Positions 1-12,100 of a stretch of 64,000 nucleotides of DNA are shown piece by piece. Source of the stretch: Eledone cirrhosa (Eukaryota); assembly GCA_964016885.1 (NCBI GenBank), contig OZ024765.1, positions 18,352,001 to 18,416,000 on the forward strand. Reading direction: 5' to 3'. Positions within the stretch are counted from its first letter, which is position 1, and each line of letters opens with the position of its first letter. The position numbers and the translations under genes were made by a program. Below the pieces are notes generated by a model. It worked only from the letters and a program-made list of their open reading frames with translations, was not told where the DNA came from and searched no databases.

Positions 1-180
1 GGGTCCCTATCATTCCACTGCAAAGTGGTCGTGGAGGTGCCACGGCAAAAAAGCACCCAGCACTCACTGTAAATGAGGTTGGTGTTAGGAAGGGCATCCA
101 GCTGTAGAAATCAAGCCAGAATCAGTTCCCGTCCCACCCTTGCAGGCAGGGAAAAGCAGACGTAAAATGATGCTGATGAT
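1..180 (+). mobile_element. 3' part of tRNA-derived SINE (CORE/Meta-like body, RTE-type tail ending in (GAT)n)
   Basis: Matches the 3' half of the full copies at 9562, 19414, 21986 and 39720 (GGTTGGTGTTAGGAAGGGCATCCAGCTGTAGAAA...CCCACCCTTGCA...GACGTAAAATGATG). Confidence 0.85.
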
Positions 181-416
181 ATATGTGTGTGTGTGTCTAT
201 ATATATATGTAGTTCTCCTTTTCGTGTAGTGTTTTTGATGCTTCAGATAGTGGGATTGGTTGAGTGCAAGGCCCTTTCCCACTTAAAAAAACCCCTCAAA
301 GCACAGGCATTGCTTGTTCAGGATCTGTTACAGGTTTGTGTGGCTGGCCGTAGCCTAAAAGTGCACCAGACACTGTAATCAGACAAGCGATTGCAGTACT
401 CTTAGCAGAGTATGCA

Positions 417-421
<5 letters not shown>

Positions 422-465
<44 letters not shown>

Positions 466-618
466 CATACATACACACATGTATATATACAAATATATAT
501 ATACATGAAAATATGCATGTGTGTATATATATATATATATATATATGTAGATATATATATAGTCCAGAATTAGCCGTCGAAACGGCTTGAGCTCAGCCGT
601 CGGGGTCCTACTCGTTCC

Positions 619-659
<41 letters not shown>

Positions 660-830
660 ATTTATGATGTGTCTGTGTGTGTGTGTATATTTATGATGTA
701 TATGTGTGTGTGTGTATATATATTTATGATGTATATATATATGTGTGTGTATGTGTGTGTGTGTATATTTATGATGTATGTATGTGTGTTTGTGTATATA
801 TATTTATGACATGATTATATATATTTATTA
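422..830. repeat. (TA)n/(TG)n compound microsatellite
   Basis: Directly visible dinucleotide runs. Confidence 0.9.
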
Positions 831-1124
831 TCATTGTCTTGTATTATTTTAACCAATTAATGAATTTAATATAAACACTATACAACATCCACGGTAACCT
901 GATAGTGAGATATGGGAATTAGTACAAAATCTAGGGAATAAATGTTCCTTAGTTTTAAATAATTGATATAACTTTCAATTATTAAGACCCCATTGAACTA
1001 AATATTGACATATAATATATTTATTTTAAAGGTTTGTTATTTTGAATAGATTAAGAAGATATTTCAACCCTATAATAAAGTTTTATTCACAGTTGTATAA
1101 ATAATATTACAAATAAAAAATCCT

Positions 1125-1312
1125 AAAATACCCTGATCTGTCTGGCCAACTATATTTTCCAACCTGTGGCGTTCAAAACGTTTGGGGGACTCGGGCTACT
1201 GACTGCGAGATTCCTATCTTCACTGGCGGCTTGCCTCACAGAGGTAACTGGTGAAGATCGTGAGGGTGCTTGGCTGTTCCAGCACCTCAGTGTCGCCGTC
1301 ACCCGAGGTAAC
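1125..1312 (+). mobile_element. CRE-like (RLE-type) non-LTR retrotransposon C-terminal fragment
   Basis: From 1148 reads NYIFQPVAFKTFGGLGLLTARFLSSLAACLTEVTGEDREGAWLFQHLSVAVTRGN. This resembles the F.P.A.ET.G...TG..RE...LFQRLS.A..RGN end of the restriction-like endonuclease region of CRE-clade elements (recognised from memory). Confidence 0.75.
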
Positions 1313-2305
1313 TGGTGAAGCGCGTGAGGGTGCTTGGCTGTTCCAGCACCTCAGTGTCGCCGTCACCCGAGGTAACTGGTGAAGCGCGTGAGGGTGCTTG
1401 GCTGTTCCAGCACCTCAGTGTCGCCGTCACCCGAGGTAACTGGTGAAGCTCGTGAGGGTGCTTGGCTGTTCCAGCACCTCAGTGTCGCCGTCACCCGAGG
1501 TAACTGGTGAAGCTCGTGAGGGCGCTTGGCTGTTCCAGCACCTCAGTGTCGCTGTCACCCGGGGTAACTGGTGAAGCGCGTGAGGGTGCTTGGCTGTTCC
1601 AGCACCTCAGTGTCGCAGTCACCCGAGGTAACTGGTGAAGCTCGTGAGGGTGCTTGGCTGTTCCAGCACCTCAGTGTCGCCGTCACCCGAGGTAACTGGT
1701 GAAGCTCGTGAGGGTGCTTGGCTGTTCCAGCACCTCAGTGTCGCCGTCACCCGAGGTAACTGGTGAAGCTCGTGAGGGTGCTTGGCTGTTCCAGCACCTC
1801 AGTGTCGCCGTCACCCGAGGTAACTGGTGAAGCTCGTGAGGGTGCTTGGCTGTTCCAGCACCTCAGTGTCGCCGTCACCCGAGGTAACTGGTGAAGATCG
1901 TGAGGGTGCTTGGCTGTTCCAGCACCTCAGTGTCGCCGTCACCCGAGGTAACTGGTGAAGCGCGTGAGGGTGCTTGGCTGTTCCAGCACCTCAGTGTCGC
2001 TGTCACCCGAGGTAACTGGTGAAGCTCGTGAGGGCGCTTGGCTGTTCCAGCACCTCAGTGTCGCCGTCACCCGAGGTAACTGGTGAAGCGCGTGAGGGTG
2101 CTTGGCTGTTCCAGCACCTCAGTGTCGCTGTCACCCGGGGTAACTGGTGAAGCTCGTGAGGGTGCTTGGCTGTTCCAGCACCTCAGTGTTGCCATCACCC
2201 GAGGTAACTGGTGAAGCTCGTGAGGGCGCTTGGCTGTTCCAGCACCTCAGTCTCGCCATCACCCGAGGTAACTGGTGAAGCTCGTGAGGGCGCTTGGCTG
2301 TTCCA
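1241..2305. repeat. 64-bp minisatellite, ~16-17 copies
   Basis: Unit GAGGTAACTGGTGAAGCTCGTGAGGGTGCTTGGCTGTTCCAGCACCTCAGTGTCGCCGTCACCC; unit starts at 1241 and 1305. Confidence 0.97.
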
Positions 2306-2319
2306 ACGCATCAGCCTCA

Positions 2320-5300
2320 CCATCAGCTCAAAGATCATTAGAGAGGTTTCCCAATGCTCCTTGCGATACTGTTATATTTTACTCTGGTAGTGGCTCTGTC
2401 CACCTCTTTCGCCTGCCTTTTGTTGTATGCGATCTATCCCGGGTTCTCTTGCTAGTTGGTTTTGCCCGTAAAATGTGTCCAGTGATTCTTTCCTGAGACA
2501 TTCTAACCACATGCCCATAGTATCAGAGCTGTGATCTCTCAATTCAGAGATTCTTTCCTGAGACATTCTAACCACATGCCCATTGTATCAGAGCTGTGAT
2601 CTCTCAATTCAGAGATTCTTTCCTGAGACATTCTAACCACATGCCCATTGTATCAGAGCTGTGATCTCTCAATTCAGAGATTCTTTCCTGAGACATTCTA
2701 ACCACATGCCCATTGTATCAGAGCTGTGACCTCTCAATTCAGAGATTCTTTCCTGAGACATTCTAACCACATGCCCATAGTATCAGAGCTGTGACCTCTC
2801 AATTCAGAGATTCTTTCCTGAGACATTCTAACCACATGCCCATAGTATCAGAGCTGTGACCTCTCAATTCAGAGATTCTTTCCTGAGACATTCTAACCAC
2901 ATGCCCATTGTATCAGAGCTGTGATCTCTCAATTCAGAGATTCTTTCCTGAGACATTCTAACCACATGCTCATTGTATCAGAGCTGTGACCTCTCAATTC
3001 AGAGATTCTTTCCTGAGACATTCTAACCACATGCCCATAGTATCAGAGCTGTGACCTCTCAATTCAGAGATTCTTTCCTGAGACATTCTAACCACATGCC
3101 CATAGTATCAGAGCTGTGACCTCTCAATTCAGAGATTCTTTCCTGAGACATTCTAACCACATGCCCATAGTATCAGAGCTGTGACCTCTCAATTCAGAGA
3201 TTCTTTCCTGAGACATTCTAACCACATGCCCATTGTATCAGAGCTGTGATCTCTCAATTCAGAGATTCTTTCCTGAGACATTCTAACCACATGCCCATTG
3301 TATCAGAGCTGTGACCTCTCAATTCAGAGATTCTTTCCTGAGACATTCTAACCACATGTCTGCAGTATCAGAGCTGTGACCTCTCAATTCAGAGATTCTT
3401 TCCTGAGACATTCTAACCACATGCCCATTGTATCAGAGCTGTGACCTCTCAATTCAGAGATTCTTTCCTGAGACATTCTAACCACATGCCCATTGTATCA
3501 GAGCTGTGACCTCTCAATTCAGAGATTCTTTCTGAGACATTCTAACCACATGCCCATTGTATCAGAGCTGTGACCTCTCAATTCAGAGATTCTTTCCTGA
3601 GACATTCTAACCACATGCCCATTGTATCCGAGCTGTGACCTCTCAATTCAGAGATTCTTTCCTGAGACATTCTAACCACATGTCTGCAGTATCAGAGCTG
3701 TGATCTCTCAATTCAGAGATTCTTTCCTGAGACATTCTAACCACATGCCCATTGTATCAGAGCTGTGACCTCTCAATTCAGCAATTCTTTCCTGAGACAT
3801 TCTAACCACATGCCCATAGTATCAGAGCTGTGACCTCTCAATTCAGCGATTCTTTCCTGAGACATTCTAACCACATGTCTGTAGTATCAGAGCTGTGACC
3901 TCTCAATTCAGAGAATCTTTCCTGAGACATTCTAACCACATGCCCATAGTATCAGAGCTGTGACCTCTCAATTCAGAGATTCTTTCCTGATACATTCTAA
4001 CCCCATGCCCATTGTATCAGAGCTGTGACCTCTCAATTCAGAGATTCTTTCCTGAGACATTCTAACCACATGCCCATTGTATCAGAGCTGTGACCTCTCA
4101 ATTCAGAGATTCTTTCCTGAGACATTCTAACCACATGCCCATAGTATCGGAGCTGTGACCTCTAAATTCAGAGATTCTTTCCTGTGACATTCTAACCACA
4201 TGCCCATTGTATCAGAGCTGTGACCTCTCAATTCAGAGATTCTTTCCTGAGATATTCTAACCACATGCCCATTGTATCAGAGCTGCGACCTCTCAATTCA
4301 GAGATTCTTTCCTGAGACATTCTAACCACATGCCCATAGTATCGGAGCTGTGACCTCTCAATTCAGAGATTCTTTCCTGAGACATTCTAACCACATGCCC
4401 ATTGTATCACAGCTGTGACCTCTCAATTCAGAGATTCTTTCCTGTGACATTCTAACCACATGCCCATTGTATCAGAGCTGTGATCTCTCAATTCAGAGAT
4501 TCTTTCCTGAGACATTCTAACCACATGCCCATTGTATCACAGCTGTGACCTCTCAATTCAGAGATTCTTTCCTGAGACATTCTAACCACATGCCCATTGT
4601 ATCAGAGCTGTGACCTCTCAATTCAGAGATTCTTTCCTGAGACATTCTAACCACATGTCTGTAGTATCAGAGCTGTCACCTCTCAATTCAGAGATTCTTT
4701 CCTGAGACATTCTAACCACATGCCCATTGTATCAAAGCTGTGACCTCTCAATTCAGAGATTCTTTCCTGAGACATTCTAACCACATGCCCATTGTATTAG
4801 AGCTGTGACCTCTCAATTCAGAGATTCTTTCCTGAGACATTCTAACCACATGTCTGTAGTATCAGAGCTGTCACCTCTCAATTCAGCGATTCTTTCCTGA
4901 GACATTCTAACCACATGCCCATTGTATCAGAGCTGTGATCTCTCAATTCAGAGAATCTTTCCTGAGATATTCTAACCACATGCCCATTGTATCACAGCTG
5001 TGATCTCTCAATTCAGAGATTCTTTCCTGAGACATTCTAACCACATGCCCATTGTATCAGAGCTGTGATCTCTCAATTCAGAGATTCTTTCCTGAGACAT
5101 TCTAACCACATGCCCATTGTATCACAGCTGTGACCTCTCAATTCAGAGATTCTTTCCTGTGACATTCTAACCACATGCCCATTGTATCAGAGCTGTGACC
5201 TCTCAATTCAGAGATTCTTTCCTGAGACATTCTAACCACATGCCCATAGTATCGGAGCTGTGACCTCTCAATTCAGAGATTCTTTCCTGTGACATTCTAA

Positions 5301-7228
5301 CCACATGCCCATTGTATTAGAGCTGTGACCTCTCAATTCAGAGATTCTTTCCTGTGACATTCTAACCACATGCCCATAGTATCACAGCTGTGACCTCTCA
5401 ATTCAGAGATTCTTTCCTGAGACATTCTAACCACATGCCCATTGTATCAAAGCTGTGACCTCTCAATTCAGAGATTCTTTCCTGAGACATTCTAACCACA
5501 TGCCCATTGTATCAGAGCTGTGACCTCTCAATTCAGAGATTCTTTCCTGAGACATTCTAACCACATGCCCATTGTATCAGAGCTGTGACCTCTCAATTCA
5601 GAGATTCTTTCCTGAGACATTCTAACCACATGCCCATAGTATCAGAGCTGTGACCTCTCAATTCAGAGATTCTTTCCTGAGACATTCTAACCACATGCCC
5701 ATTGTATCAGAGCTGTGACCTCTCAATTCAGAGATTCTTTCCTGAGACATTCTAACCACATGCCCATAGTATCAGAGCTGTGACCTCTCAATTCAGAGAT
5801 TCTTTCCTGAGACATTCTAACCACATGCCCATTGTATCAGAGCTGTGATCTCTCAATTCAGAGATTCTTTCCTGAGACATTCTAACCACATGCCCATTGT
5901 ATCAAAGCTGTGACCTCTCAATTCAGAGATTCTTTCCTGAGACATTCTAACCACATGCCCATAGTATCAGAGCTGTGACCTCTCAATTCAGAGATTCTTT
6001 CCTGAGACATTCTAACCACATGCCCATTGTATCAGAGCTGTGATCTCTCAATTCAGAGATTCTTTCCTGAGACATTCTAACCACATGCCCATTGTATTAG
6101 AGCTGTGACCTCTCAATTCAGAGATTCTTTCCTGTGACATTCTAACCACATGCCCATTGTATCAGAGCTGTGACCTCTCAATTCAGAGATTCTTTCCTGA
6201 GACATTCTAACCACATGCCCATAGTATCGGCGGTGTGACCTCTCAATTCAGAGATTCTTTCCTGAGACATTCTAACCACATGCCCATTGTATCAGAGCTG
6301 TGACCTCTCAATTCAGAGATTCTTTCCTGAGACATTCTAACCACATGCCCATAGTATCGGAGCTGTGACCTCTCAATTCAGAGATTCTTTCCTGAGACAT
6401 TCTAACCACATGCCCATAGTATCGGAGCTGTGACCTCTCAATTCAGAGATTCTTTCCTGAGACATTCTAACCACATGCCCATTGTATCAAAGCTGTGACC
6501 TCTCAATTCAGAGATTCTTTCCTGAGACATTCTAACCACATGCCCATAGTATCAGAGCTGTGACCTCTCAATTCAGAGATTCTTTCCTGAGACATTCTAA
6601 CCACATGCCCATTGTATCAGAGCTGTGATCTCTCAATTCAGAGATTCTTTCCTGAGACATTCTAACCACATGCCCATTGTATTAGAGCTGTGACCTCTCA
6701 ATTCAGAGATTCTTTCCTGTGACATTCTAACCACATGCCCATTGTATCAGAGCTGTGACCTCTCAATTCAGAGATTCTTTCCTGAGACATTCTAACCACA
6801 TGCCCATAGTATCGGCGGTGTGACCTCTCAATTCAGAGATTCTTTCCTGAGACATTCTAACCACATGCCCATTGTATCAGAGCTGTGACCTCTCAATTCA
6901 GAGATTCTTTCCTGAGACATTCTAACCACATGCCCATAGTATCGGAGCTGTGACCTCTCAATTCAGAGATTCTTTCCTGAGACATTCTAACCACATGCCC
7001 ATAGTATCGGAGCTGTGACCTCTCAATTCAGAGATTCTTTCCTGAGACATTCTAACCACATGCCCATAGTATTGGAGCTATGATCTCTCAATTTGGAGAA
7101 ATAGTGACTGAGTGATTCTCTGATCTCTGAGCTACTCACATTTTCGAGTAGCATTACTCCAAAAAGCCCTTCGAAGGAATCTTATTTCGGTCGCTTATGT
7201 TTGTGATCATTTTCTTTCGGTTGTTACT
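2320..7228 (-). mobile_element. RTE-clade LINE ORF2 3' fragment, split by the internally expanded 65-bp satellite
   Basis: Minus-strand flanks and repeat unit give ...RFLRR...SSEIRESL...QL*YYGHVVRMSQERI...ILRAKPTSKR, the RTE C-terminal LRWxGHVxRM region. A homologous unexpanded segment lies at 38663-39320. Confidence 0.75.
2484..7097. repeat. 65-bp satellite, ~71 copies
   Basis: Unit GATTCTTTCCTGAGACATTCTAACCACATGCCCATTGTATCAGAGCTGTGACCTCTCAATTCAGA; unit starts at 2484 and 2549. Confidence 0.98.
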
Positions 7229-7289
7229 CGTATTCTGTCATGCACTGGGGTTAATTTAATCAACTTTCTCCTCCCCAAAATCGTTGGCC

Positions 7290-7507
7290 TTAACCCTTTA
7301 ATATTCAAACCGACCAGAATTCTCTACCTTTTTCTGTTGAAACTGGCTGTAACTGGTCACTCAAACTGATGTTAAGGTATTGTTCTCAAAATAAATACTT
7401 TCAAAATCTCATAGATTCGATATTATGTGAGATAATTATGCAAGGTAAAGCCTTTACCATGAAAATATAATAGTATATATAGAGTAATGTGAATGCTAAA
7501 GGGTTAA
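7290..7507. mobile_element. piggyBac-like MITE, short copy (about one internal unit)
   Basis: TTAA-CCCTTTA...TAAAGGG-TTAA ends; body shared with the copies at 10738, 20163 and 24642. Confidence 0.8.
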
Positions 7508-7749
7508 GCCTGAATCAAAAGCCATTATTAAAATTACTAACTTTATCTTTACAATTGCTAATAATTAATATAGAATTTTTAATTACTAATAATTAGTGGA
7601 CCAATGCTATAATTAATATTTGCAATGGCAGCAAACATTAAATTGGTATGTCATATATACTGGGATTACTGGATATAGGAACATGATACAAACTGGGGCA
7701 TTTGTGTTTAGAGGAATTAACAGTTTGCATAAGAGAACCCTTATAGTTT

Positions 7750-8970
7750 ATGCGGTGGATTGGCAGTATCGGTAGAGAGTCGGACGCCATGCTTTCCAGG
7801 ATAGTTACGTCCCTTTATGGACTGAGTTCAAATCCCGCCGAGGTTAACTTTGCCTTTCATCCTTTCGGGGTCGATAAAGTAAAGTACCAGTAATGTACTG
7901 GGTAACTGCTGGCCTTGTGCCAAAAGTAGAAACAATTATTGAAGGATGGTAATAGCATTGAATGTATTTAGTTTGGGGCAGTCTAGGATTGGTATGTCAT
8001 ATATAACAGGATTACTGGATATAAGAACAATTATATAAACTGGGATAGTTATATTTTGATAAAGTAATGATCTGCATAAGAGAAAGCCTATAGTTTATGT
8101 TCATTACTGACATGTGGAAGTAATTAAAAATGATAATTTATTTCTAGGATATAGTTACATAAATGCTCAACATATATGTACATATAACACAGAATTAAAT
8201 GTTTGAGTTATTTTGGAGAAATAATTATTTACAAGGACAAATGCCTTTCATCCTTATGGGGTCGATAAAATAAAGCACCAGTAATTCACTGGCGTCAATT
8301 TAATCGACATTCTCCCATCCCCAAATTGTTGGCCTTGTGCTTATATCAAAAACCCATGCTTTGCAGTATAGAGTTGTGGCCCTTTGCGTTCTGAGTTCAA
8401 ATTCCTCCACCAAGGTTAACTTTGCCTTTCATCCTTACAGAGTTGATAAAATAATGTACCAGTAATACACTGAGTAATTTCTGGCCTTGTGCCAAAAGTA
8501 AAAACAATTATTATTATTAGGGTAGTGGGTTGGAAGTATCGGTAGAGCACTGGACACCCTGCTTTGCAGCATACGTTCTTAGTTCAGATCCTGCAAAGGT
8601 AAACATTCCCTTTCATCTTTACATAGAGTCGATAAAATAAAGTACCAGTAATGCACTGGGATAATTGCTGGCCTTGTGCCAAAAGTAGAAACATTTATTA
8701 CAGTGTTGATAAAATAAGGTACCAGTAATGCACTGGGATAATTGCTGGCCTTGTGCCAAAAGTAGAAACAATTATTATTATTGGGCAGTATCGTTAGAGG
8801 GTCGGACGCCATGCTTTGACGCATAGAGTTACGGCCCTTGCCATTCTGAGTTCAAATCCCGCCGAGGTTAACTTTGCCTTTCTTCCTTACGGGGTCGATA
8901 AAATAAAGTACCAGTAATACACTGGGGTAATTGCTGGCCTTGTCCCAAAAGTAGAAACAATTATTATTAT
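7750..8970 (+). mobile_element. Cluster of tRNA-derived SINEs with Nin/Deu-like domain (about 5 full or partial copies)
   Basis: Head TGGCAGTATCGGTAGAG...GAGTTCAAATCCC (A/B-box-like), then GCCTTTCATCCTTWCGGGGTCGATAAAATAAAGTACCAG and an (ATT)n tail. Confidence 0.85.
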
Positions 8971-9021
8971 TTATAATTTTTTTTTTTTTTTTTTTACAGA
9001 TTTTGTCCAGATTCAGTAGAG

Positions 9022-9195
9022 ATGGCCACCAAAAAGAAATACATAGCAGCTGGTGTCCAAGCAGACTTTGAAATTTTGTTCAACCATTTCACAAAATGCA
9101 AACCGTTGAGTTATTTAGAATTTTCAAAGATATGGCGTCAGATGAAAATGTCTATGATATGTATGGGACGCCAGACAGAGCGAGAATGTAAATTG
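9022..9195 (+). CDS. SNAPC1: SNAPC1 coding exon 1
   Basis: ATG at 9022; MATKKKYIAAGVQADFEILF...RECKL; donor GTACGG at 9196. A poly-T acceptor just upstream (AG ending 8999 or 9010) implies an unseen 5' UTR exon. Confidence 0.88.
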
Positions 9196-12100
9196 GTACG
9201 GATTATTATTATTATTATTGGTGACTTCGCAGTATCGGTAGAGCGTCAGACGCCATGCTTTCCAGCATAGAGTTGTAGCCCTTTACGTTTTGAGTTCAAA
9301 TCCCGCTGAGGTTAACTTTGCCTTTCATCCTTACGGGGTCGATAAAATAAAGTACCAGTAATGTACTGGGTAATTGCTGGCCTTGTGCCTAAAGTAGAAA
9401 CAATTATTACTATTAATCAGTGAATTGGCAGTGTTCGGTAGAGCGTCGGATAACATGCTTCGTGACATATAATAACAGCCCTTTACATTCTTAGTTCAAA
9501 TGCCGCCGAGGTTAACTTTGTATTTCATCCTTACGGGGTCGATAAAATAAAGTACCAGTACGGAGGCACATGGCTTAGTGGTTAGAGCATTGGCCTTGCA
9601 ATCGAAAGGTTGTGAGTTCAATTCTCAGACCGGGTGATGCATTGTTTCCTTGAGCAAAACACTTTATTTCACATTGCTCCAGTTTACTCAGCTGTAGAAA
9701 TGAGATGATAGGGACTGGGGTCCCTATCATTCCACTGCAAAGTGGTCGTGGAGGTGCCACGGCAAAAAAGCACCCAGCCCACACTGTAAAGTTGACAAGT
9801 AGGGGCCACGGAAAAAAAGCACCCAGCACTCACTGTAAATGAGGTTGGTGTTAGGAAGGGCATCCAGCTGTAGAAATCAAGCCAGAATCAGTTCCCGTCC
9901 AACCCTTGCAAGCAGGGAAAAGCAGACGTAAAATGATGAATTGATGATGATGATAATGCACTGGGGTAATTTCAAGCCTTGTGCCAAAAGTAGTAAAAGA
10001 AAGATGTGTTGTCACCAATTTGGTTGAAGATGTAAATTCCAATTTAGCAGAGAAGTATATTTCAGAAGTTGTTGTTGTTGTGGTAGAGCATAGTATATTT
10101 AGAGAGTTGTAATGTTGCCACGAGGAACCAGGTTTGGTAGAAAGATATGATAGCGTATATCGACAACGACAACGACTTTTAGCTTGTTTTTACATTATTT
10201 ATTAACAAAGGTTGAGAAGTGAATTAAGCTGACATGCCAAGAGAAATGAAATAATTCAATTAAGATTACAAGAGAAATTACGGGCGACTGGCTGAAGGCG
10301 TTTGGCCAGGCTCGTAGGTAATGCCTTTGTCGTTACATATTGTTTGTGCTGGCGGAGCAAAAGAACAAGCGGTGTTTACTTAGCATGGTCAAGCCTGGAA
10401 GTGGTTGTGTATGTGAGCCCGCGGAATGTAGGTCACTACAGTAGAAACAATTATTATTTAAATTTTTCTTTCTGTTTTGCAGTTAATAGATGAGTGTCTA
10501 CGTATCGCCCTCACCTACTTCCACCCCCCTTACACATTTGAGGTGAAAACTGGGGCTTTTTTCCTGATCTATGGCTTGTACTCTACTCAGTTTTTCACAC
10601 CTAAAATCAAGGTGAGTTACTTCAAATTTCTATCCACCCCAACTTTTTCACATTCAATGTGTTTATAGGTGGGTAAGGGGGCAGCATTCCATAGGTGGCG
10701 ATTTGTCTACTTTTTCCTGCCTCTAGGGTTTGTATTCTTAACCCTTTAGCATTTACATTACTCTATATATACTATTATATTTTCACAGTAAAGGCTTTAC
10801 CTCACATAATATCTCACATAACATTTACATTACTCTATATATACTATTATATTTTCATGGTAAAGGCTTTACCTCACACAATATCTCACATAACATTTAC
10901 ATTACTCTATATTTACTATTATATTTTCACAGTAAAGACTTTACCTCACATAATATCTCACATAACATTTACATTACTCTATATATACTATTGTATTGTC
11001 ACAGTAAAGGCTTTACCTCACATAATATCTCACATAACATTTACATTACTCTATATATACTATTATATTTTCATGGTAAAGTCTTTATCTCACATAATAT
11101 CTCACATAACATTTACATTACTCTATATATACTATTGTATTTTCACAGTAAAGGCTTTAACCTTACATAATTATCTCACATAACATTTACATTACTCTAT
11201 ATATACTATTGTATTTTCACAGTAAAGGCTTTAACCTTACATAATTATCTCACATAATATCGAATCTATGAGATTTTAAAAGTACTTATTTTGAGAACAA
11301 TACCTTAACATCAGTTTGAGCAACCAGTTACAGCCAGTTTCAACAGAAAGAGGTAGAGAATTCTGTCCGGTTTTGGCCGGTTTGAACACTGAAGGGTTAA
11401 TCCAATCCAGGGCCTTCTCACTCTTGTGGGGTGAACCCCTCCCTGGTTGACCTACCCTGTTTTCTGTTTGATTTTGGTCATATCTTCAGGGCTGCTTGGC
11501 AAATTACATGTTGGTGGGTCTATTATGTTAACACTATTGTTGTGCTATTATGTTAACACTATTGTTGTGCTTTTATGTTAACACTATTGTTGTGCTATTA
11601 TGTTAACACTACTGTTGTGCTATTATGTTAACACTATTGTTGTGCTATTATGTTAACACTACTGTTGTGCTATTATGTTAACACTACTGTCGTGCTATTA
11701 TGTTAACACTATTGTTGTGCTATTATGTTAACACTATTGTTGTGCTATTATGTTAACACTACTGTTGTGCTATTATGTTAACACTACTGTTGTGCTATTA
11801 TGTTAACACTATTGTTGTGCTATTATGTTAACACTACTGTTGTGCTATTATGTTAACACTACTGTTGTGCTATTATGTTAACACTACTGTTGTGCTATTA
11901 TGTTAACACTACTGTTGTGCTATTATGTTAACACTATTGTTGTGCTATTATGTTAACACTATTGTTGTGCTATTATGTTAACACTATTGTTGTGCTATTA
12001 TGTTAACACTACTGTTGTGCTATTATGTTAACACTATTGTTGTGCTTTTCTCGATCAAACATTTCCAAATTGTTGGATAGGTCGCGGTGGACCATTGACA

